A DNA stretch of 39,561 bases from a virus, in IMG/VR virus record IMGVR_UViG_3300032004_000032, positions 1 to 39,561 of that record. One strand, written 5' to 3'. Under the pieces are notes generated by a model that worked only from the letters and a program-made list of their open reading frames with translations, did no database searches and was not told the DNA's origin. Below, in pieces: positions 35,322-39,561 of this stretch. A program made the translations under genes and the position numbers. The number at the start of each line of letters is the position of its first letter. The stretch's first letter is position 1.

Positions 35322-35732
35322 TTAGATAAGTTCGGCAGGGATGCTGATGACCATGCCGAGCTTGTCGGCGACGATGGCGCGGCAGATTGCAACCAGCGGC
35401 TCCTCGGCGGTGAGCCATTCGGTGGGCGCATTCGGACGGTGCGGGTGAGCTACCCATCCACTACGGACTGGGCCGAAGCCGATTTTGGTCTTCTCTATCA
35501 GGGGGCCGCACTGGTTCCAGTCGGCGGATGGCCGCCACTGGTCGCCATGGTGATATTCGCCGATGTTGGTCCACAGCGTGCCGTCATCCTCATTCATCGA
35601 GACGGTGCCTACAGGTGGGCACAGGCCGCCGTCGGGATAAACGAATACCTTGTCGTGCAGAGCAATGGCCACCGCCCAGTCCAGCGCAACCCCTTCAAGC
35701 TCTGCCGTCTTCACTTCGATCATGTCACTCAT
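35322..35732 (-). CDS. DUF2591-like phage protein
   Basis: N-terminus ...TAELEGVALDWAVAIAL pattern. Confidence 0.55.
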   Translation of the reverse strand: MSDMIEVKTAELEGVALDWAVAIALHDKVFVYPDGGLCPPVGTVSMNEDDGTLWTNIGEYHHGDQWRPSADWNQCGPLIEKTKIGFGPVRSGWVAHPHRPNAPTEWLTAEEPLVAICRAIVADKLGMVISIPAELI

Positions 35733-35781
35733 GGCCTCGTACCCCTGTATATCAGGTGGGCCATGTAGAGCGGGGGGAGGA

Positions 35782-36027
35782 TCATGGCTGCTCTCCTCGA
35801 TAGGCATTAATGGCGGCTGAAATCGTCTCGCCGAAGATCATCCAGATAAAACCGATCCCAAACAGCACCAGCCATGCCCAGTCGGGCAGGAATTGAAACA
35901 GCAGGATTATCGGTAAGGCGACCAACGCCACGACCAGCCCGAAGATCATCATTGCGATGAAGAGGCCTGCTTCGCGCTTGGCGGATGTGCGGGCAGCTAC
36001 CCATGCGGCTTTGAGTCGGTGATTCAT
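35782..36027 (-). CDS. Small membrane protein (81 aa, 2 TM)
   Basis: ATGA coupling with the upstream gene; two hydrophobic helices. Confidence 0.5.
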   Translation of the reverse strand: MNHRLKAAWVAARTSAKREAGLFIAMMIFGLVVALVALPIILLFQFLPDWAWLVLFGIGFIWMIFGETISAAINAYRGEQP

Positions 36028-36572
36028 GGCCGTGGCTCCTCGATCATGGCGCCGTCGATCGTGCTGTCCACGTTCTCCTTGCTGAACTTCACACCGGTAA
36101 ACCAAATCGGTGTGCTCAGGTAGAACTGATGGATGGACTCGCTACTATCGCGCAGCCACCGATACCGCTCGGCATCCTTGCGCAGCGCTGTCAGCTCGGC
36201 ATCCCAGTCGAAATTCGCAAGTTCAACTATTTGCGCTCTCCCAATCTGGGCGCGAAGCTCCTCGTTCTCGTCCCGGAGGCGGTCGATTTCTTTCTTCAGG
36301 CGCATCGCGCAGGCGTACTTCATGCCGTTGCGGGCTTCGTCTAAATCGTCCAGCAGGGTCTGGACAGCGGCGGGGCTTGCAGCCTCAATGAACGCCCGGT
36401 ACACCTCGGGGCATTGCACGCTGTCCTTATAGGCGCTGATTGCATCGCCGTCGGCGCCATGCCGGCCGCTGACCTCAGTTGTCAGGCGAAGGGTGGAGTT
36501 GCTGTCCCACCACTTCCATTCGACGCTACCGGCAGCCTCGGCCAGCCGCTTCAGTTTGGTGTGGTCGGTCAT
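36024..36572 (-). CDS. ead/Ea22-like protein
   Basis: MTDHTKLKRLAEAAGSVEWKWW... plus a coiled-coil. Confidence 0.5.
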   Translation of the reverse strand: MTDHTKLKRLAEAAGSVEWKWWDSNSTLRLTTEVSGRHGADGDAISAYKDSVQCPEVYRAFIEAASPAAVQTLLDDLDEARNGMKYACAMRLKKEIDRLRDENEELRAQIGRAQIVELANFDWDAELTALRKDAERYRWLRDSSESIHQFYLSTPIWFTGVKFSKENVDSTIDGAMIEEPRP

Positions 36573-37168
36573 GGCGTCACCTCGCATGCTGCCGCTCTGG
36601 CGGCGGTGACTTCATCGATGAGCGACTGCGGGAGCTGCGCGGCGTACTCGCCTTCCGACCACGAAAGGGGCTCGGACTGGCGGATCATTTCGTTCAGTAG
36701 CTCGAATGCCGCCAGTAACTGGTCGTCGCGGATCTCGCCGTCCTCTGGCAGGTCATCGCAGAAGTGGTCAGCCGGGTCAATTTCACTCGGATAGTTCGGC
36801 TCGCAAATACAGAGCTTCAGGTCAGCCAGATCGATGTCGCTGTCCACCAGGTAGTCGCGCAGACTGTCTTCGTCGAAGAAATACTGCTCGCCGTCGAAGA
36901 TCACCAGCGGCTCGCCGGACCATTCCTTGACTGGCATGGCTGCGAACTTCGCGCGGCGGCCTTCTTCGTAGCACTGGCGGCAGTAGCTCCGCACTTCGTA
37001 GATTGGATGCTCAGGGTTTTTCTCGCAGCGACGATGAGTGGCGCCGCACCAGCGAGCCATGTGCTCATCGTTACCCCAGAAGCGCCCGTCGGCGGCGACC
37101 CAACCAGTCAAGGTTTGAATGCTTGCGGCTTCCAGGGATTCGTACATCACGACTTTTTCTTCAGGCAT
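36569..37168 (-). CDS. Hypothetical Cys-rich acidic protein (199 aa)
   Basis: ATG 37168 with AAGGA upstream. Confidence 0.55.
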   Translation of the reverse strand: MPEEKVVMYESLEAASIQTLTGWVAADGRFWGNDEHMARWCGATHRRCEKNPEHPIYEVRSYCRQCYEEGRRAKFAAMPVKEWSGEPLVIFDGEQYFFDEDSLRDYLVDSDIDLADLKLCICEPNYPSEIDPADHFCDDLPEDGEIRDDQLLAAFELLNEMIRQSEPLSWSEGEYAAQLPQSLIDEVTAARAAACEVTP

Positions 37169-37214
37169 GACTTCGTCCTTGCCGCTATAGCGGCTGACTT
37201 TGAAGGGGGAGGGG

Positions 37215-37916
37215 TTACTGCTGGTTTGTATGGCGCGCGTACTGACGTGCAGCCTGCATTTCTGCATTGGTGGCCTTGCGCCCTGACACCCACATGCCAT
37301 CCGGATGCTTCTTGAATGTCCAGCCGTAGTGGGCGTTCGCCTCGTCGATCATGATGGCGTACTCGCCGCCGCGGGCTTCGATCATGCCCTTCATGGGCGC
37401 TTCTTCTGGGCGTTGGGGCGCGGACTGCACCAGGCGCATCTCATTGGGCGCCAGGGTCGGGTCGACCACAACGGGCAACCCGAACGCCGTGGCGGGCCGC
37501 TCAGTCCTGCACCAGAAGGCCAACACCTTTTCGCCGTCACCGCTGAACGGCGCAAGCCATTGGCCGTCAACACGTTCGTGAGAGAAGGAAAGGTGAACGG
37601 CGCGGGTTCGCTCTTTGCCGTCTTCGAACACATCGCCTGGCACGCGCAGCATCGACAGCGGGCGTAGCTCCTGGTCCAGTGTTTCGAGTTGTTGGATCAA
37701 CTGCCGAACTGTCTCCGGCGCACCCCATTCCACCGGCTCGGCCTTGCGCTGGGTCAGTTCATCAATCCGCTGATCCGCTGCGTTCAGGCGCAGCTGCAGG
37801 GAGTCACGCTCGGCGGTGACGCGGTCGAAGTCGGCGCCTGACACATAGCTGTCCCGCGCCTTGCCCCCCTCAGCCATGCCATCACTTACCCAAAAATAAC
37901 GCTTCACGCTTTCCAT
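37215..37916 (-). CDS. Hypothetical protein (233 aa)
   Basis: ATG 37916 with AGGAGG upstream. Confidence 0.6.
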   Translation of the reverse strand: MESVKRYFWVSDGMAEGGKARDSYVSGADFDRVTAERDSLQLRLNAADQRIDELTQRKAEPVEWGAPETVRQLIQQLETLDQELRPLSMLRVPGDVFEDGKERTRAVHLSFSHERVDGQWLAPFSGDGEKVLAFWCRTERPATAFGLPVVVDPTLAPNEMRLVQSAPQRPEEAPMKGMIEARGGEYAIMIDEANAHYGWTFKKHPDGMWVSGRKATNAEMQAARQYARHTNQQ

Positions 37917-38005
37917 ACACCCTCCTGGGGCTTAACGCTGAATTTGTAGGCGGCATAGGGAACTGCCGCGTTGATGACCAGCACCAAAACCAATAGCCAG
38001 ATCAT
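37904..38005 (-). CDS. Candidate 33-aa hydrophobic peptide
   Basis: Read by hand: MIWLLVLVLVINAAVPYAAYKFSVKPQEGVWKA; GGAGG 8 nt upstream of ATG 38005. Confidence 0.3.
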   Translation of the reverse strand: MIWLLVLVLVINAAVPYAAYKFSVKPQEGVWKA

Positions 38006-38176
38006 CACAGCCTCCGGCTCTTGTAGGCGGAATGCATAAACAGGAAATTGCCTCGATCATCCTGGATGACCGTCCACTGCTCGCTGGTCAGGCGGGCCAT
38101 GAGCTCGCTGAATCGGTATTGGCGGATCACGATGATTTGCCTTGCCGGGGCATGCCCGGGCGGTGGAGTGGGGGAG

Positions 38177-38983
38177 TTATGCGGCGTCAGTCGTCGCCGG
38201 TGAGAATGGAGAATGCTGTTGCTGCCACTCGCGGAACTTGTCCATTGCCAAGGGCTTTAATTCGGTCCAACCGGAAGGCCACCCCATCAGCCATTCGACC
38301 CACTCCGGGTTCAGTGGGCCACCTACGATTTGAGGCAGACACTCCCCCGATTTGCTCCCAGTCCTTTCCATTCGGCTCTTTCCTGGGTGCCGGTAATCGC
38401 GTCGAACCGGGGTTGGCCATAGCTTGACGGCTGCGCTCAGAACCCAGCCGGCGTTCTTGCTGCTGCCAGGCTGATTGTGATTGCCATGTACCGTTATCGT
38501 TGGCCACAAGCCAACACCGGTCGCGCTGATGGGGCGCTCCGCAGTCGGATGCTGAAACAATGCACCACTGCGCGTCATACCCCATTTCGGTAAGGTCACC
38601 GAGGACCACGGCAAGTCCTCTTCCCACAAGCAGAGGTGAGTTTTCCAAGTACGCTTTTTTGGGTCGTACCTCGCCGATGATTCGTGCCATTTCACGCCAG
38701 AGACCAGATCGTTCTCCATCGATGCCGGCGCCATTCCCGGCAGCTGATATGTCCTGACACGGGAATCCGCCAGAAACCACGTCAACAAGGCCTCGCCATG
38801 GTCTTCCGTCAAAACTGCACACGTCAGACCAAATCGGGAAAGCTGGGAGGGCTCCATCGTTCTGTCGTTGCGCCAGAACTTGTGCTGAGTAGGCATCACG
38901 CTCAACGGCGCAGACGGTGCGCCAGCCGAGGAGGTGGCCTCCGAGTATTCCGCCACCAGAGCCTGCAAACAGTGCAAGCTCAC
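38177..38983 (-). CDS. Alternative-frame ORF fully overlapping the methyltransferase (268 codons from GTG 38983; the frame is open from 39424)
   Basis: No stops. Motifs QALVAEYSE, HKFWRNDRTM, LSRFGLT, TLPKWGMTRSG, LWPTI, LWPTPVRRDY and LNPEWVEWLMGWPSGWT. Third-position GC is about 69% versus about 51% for the MTase frame (hand count, about 140 codons). Confidence 0.4.
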   Translation of the reverse strand: MSLHCLQALVAEYSEATSSAGAPSAPLSVMPTQHKFWRNDRTMEPSQLSRFGLTCAVLTEDHGEALLTWFLADSRVRTYQLPGMAPASMENDLVSGVKWHESSARYDPKKRTWKTHLCLWEEDLPWSSVTLPKWGMTRSGALFQHPTAERPISATGVGLWPTITVHGNHNQPGSSKNAGWVLSAAVKLWPTPVRRDYRHPGKSRMERTGSKSGECLPQIVGGPLNPEWVEWLMGWPSGWTELKPLAMDKFREWQQQHSPFSPATTDAA

Positions 38984-38987
38984 GCAT
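38187..38987 (-). CDS. DNA (cytosine-5) methyltransferase, short phage type
   Basis: Ordered motifs FAGSGGG (I), GGFPCQDIS (IV), LENSP (VI), APHQRDRCWLVA (VIII) and DRIKALGNGQVP (X). Confidence 0.85.
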   Translation of the reverse strand: MRELALFAGSGGGILGGHLLGWRTVCAVERDAYSAQVLAQRQNDGALPAFPIWSDVCSFDGRPWRGLVDVVSGGFPCQDISAAGNGAGIDGERSGLWREMARIIGEVRPKKAYLENSPLLVGRGLAVVLGDLTEMGYDAQWCIVSASDCGAPHQRDRCWLVANDNGTWQSQSAWQQQERRLGSERSRQAMANPGSTRLPAPRKEPNGKDWEQIGGVSASNRRWPTEPGVGRMADGVAFRLDRIKALGNGQVPRVAATAFSILTGDD

Positions 38988-39393
38988 ACTGCCCCCTTGA
39001 GTTCCGAAGCCGATTCTTTTGCGCCTCCAGCGCGTGAAGCTTTGAGTGTTCCGCGTGGCTCATCACTTCGAGATTTTCTATCCTGTTGTCCGTTTTGATC
39101 TCGTTTATGTGATGAACACATTCCAGATCCGTAATCGCTCGACCTATTTTCATTTCCATCAGCATCACATGAACCTGAATTTCCTTTCGCCCATTCGCGT
39201 AGGGATGCTTCCCGGCATACATCCGCAAATAACCGTCCTTGTCTGGACGACATTTGTATTGCTTCGACTGCGGCCCGGTCTTCTGGCCCTTGCGGCCCTT
39301 GGCATTGTTCGATTGCCGGCAGACTACTGAACAAAACTGCTGCTCTTTCCGCTTCGGCATAAATTCTTGATTGCAAAGAGGACAGATATTCAT
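38980..39393 (-). CDS. HNH endonuclease (free-standing, homing-type)
   Basis: N-terminal CPLC...C..C zinc motif plus VHHINEIKTDNRIENLEVMSHAEH (HNH). Lower GC than its flanks. Confidence 0.8.
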   Translation of the reverse strand: MNICPLCNQEFMPKRKEQQFCSVVCRQSNNAKGRKGQKTGPQSKQYKCRPDKDGYLRMYAGKHPYANGRKEIQVHVMLMEMKIGRAITDLECVHHINEIKTDNRIENLEVMSHAEHSKLHALEAQKNRLRNSRGQYA

Positions 39394-39428
39394 CGGTAAA
39401 TCTCCTCGAAAAGAGCCAGCTCATTCAT
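39390..39428 (-). CDS. 12-codon leader ORF duplicating the methyltransferase N-terminus (MNELALFEEIYR), coupled to the HNH start
   Basis: GGAGG at 39433-39437, ATG 39428, TGA overlapping the HNH ATG. ELALF is identical to MTase residues 3-7, with only synonymous differences. Confidence 0.4.
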   Translation of the reverse strand: MNELALFEEIYR

Positions 39429-39496
39429 TGATCCTCCGTGCAGCCACCGGCCTCGCCGGTTGGCGTGATTCGAGTTTGTGGGCTATTGGTTGATGG

Positions 39497-39561
39497 CCCG
39501 GCATGAGGCCGGATCAGGCTGCCTTGCGATGGCCCAGGACTGTTTGGCGAGCCGCTTCGAA
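39497..39561. repeat. Terminal direct repeat, copy 2 (identical to 1-65)
   Basis: Exact 65/65 identity. Confidence 0.95.

Noticed and set aside
34698-35768. 356-aa plus-strand ORF across the xis-proximal early genes
   Set aside because: It overlaps three minus-strand genes that have SDs and ATGA coupling, and its translation is not protein-like.
38005-38100. 31-aa minus-strand ORF (MARLTSEQWTVIQDDRGNFLFMHSAYKSRRL) between the MTase and the small hydrophobic peptide
   Set aside because: It has no SD and is very short. Its only support is a TGATG overlap with the next ORF.
38984-39424. N-terminal ~150 codons of the 415-aa ORF running across the HNH gene
   Set aside because: Third-position GC in this frame is only about 40% here, against about 62% for the HNH frame. 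It is probably open by chance or history. Only the part co-extensive with the MTase gene is treated as interesting.

Overview
The window is a complete, circularly closed temperate phage genome. Bases 1-65 are identical to 39497-39561, giving a unit length of 39,496 bp. GC is about 60% and gene content looks Pseudomonas-like; the host assignment is inference only.

Layout:
- Leftward early operon on the minus strand. It wraps through the junction, running 3535 -> 1 and then 39496 -> 33548, and ends in xis and int next to a putative attP.
- Lambda-style immunity region: cI, cro, a cII-like gene and five TTTAG-N4-CTAAA operators.
- Rightward replication and nin-like module: Rha/KilAC protein, an O-like initiator with internal iterons, a P-like protein, two nucleases, a second tyrosine recombinase, a zinc-finger protein and a Q-like antiterminator.
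- Late operon: candidate holins, a cos-type terminase (Nu1/gpA-like), gpW, a lambda-type portal, a protease-capsid fusion, a Mu/P2-like contractile tail and baseplate, a tail fibre, endolysin and nested spanins.
- A lower-GC cargo gene (beta-helix receptor-binding-like protein) sits next to attP.

No tRNA, rRNA or CRISPR array was seen.

Most unusual observations:
1. A C5-cytosine methyltransferase gene is fully overlapped, on the same strand, by a second stop-free ORF of about 268 codons in another frame. That ORF has its own motif series and the better GC3 signature.
2. An HNH cassette sits on a recoded duplicate of the methyltransferase 5' end.
3. Two ORF-poor stretches of about 0.55-0.6 kb lie at the head of the PL operon. 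They carry an rrn-type BoxA and a 21-bp perfect long-range inverted repeat.
4. An intact P4-type integrase is translationally coupled inside the nin/Q operon.

All functional calls rest on motifs I recognise by eye and on gene order. No searches were run.
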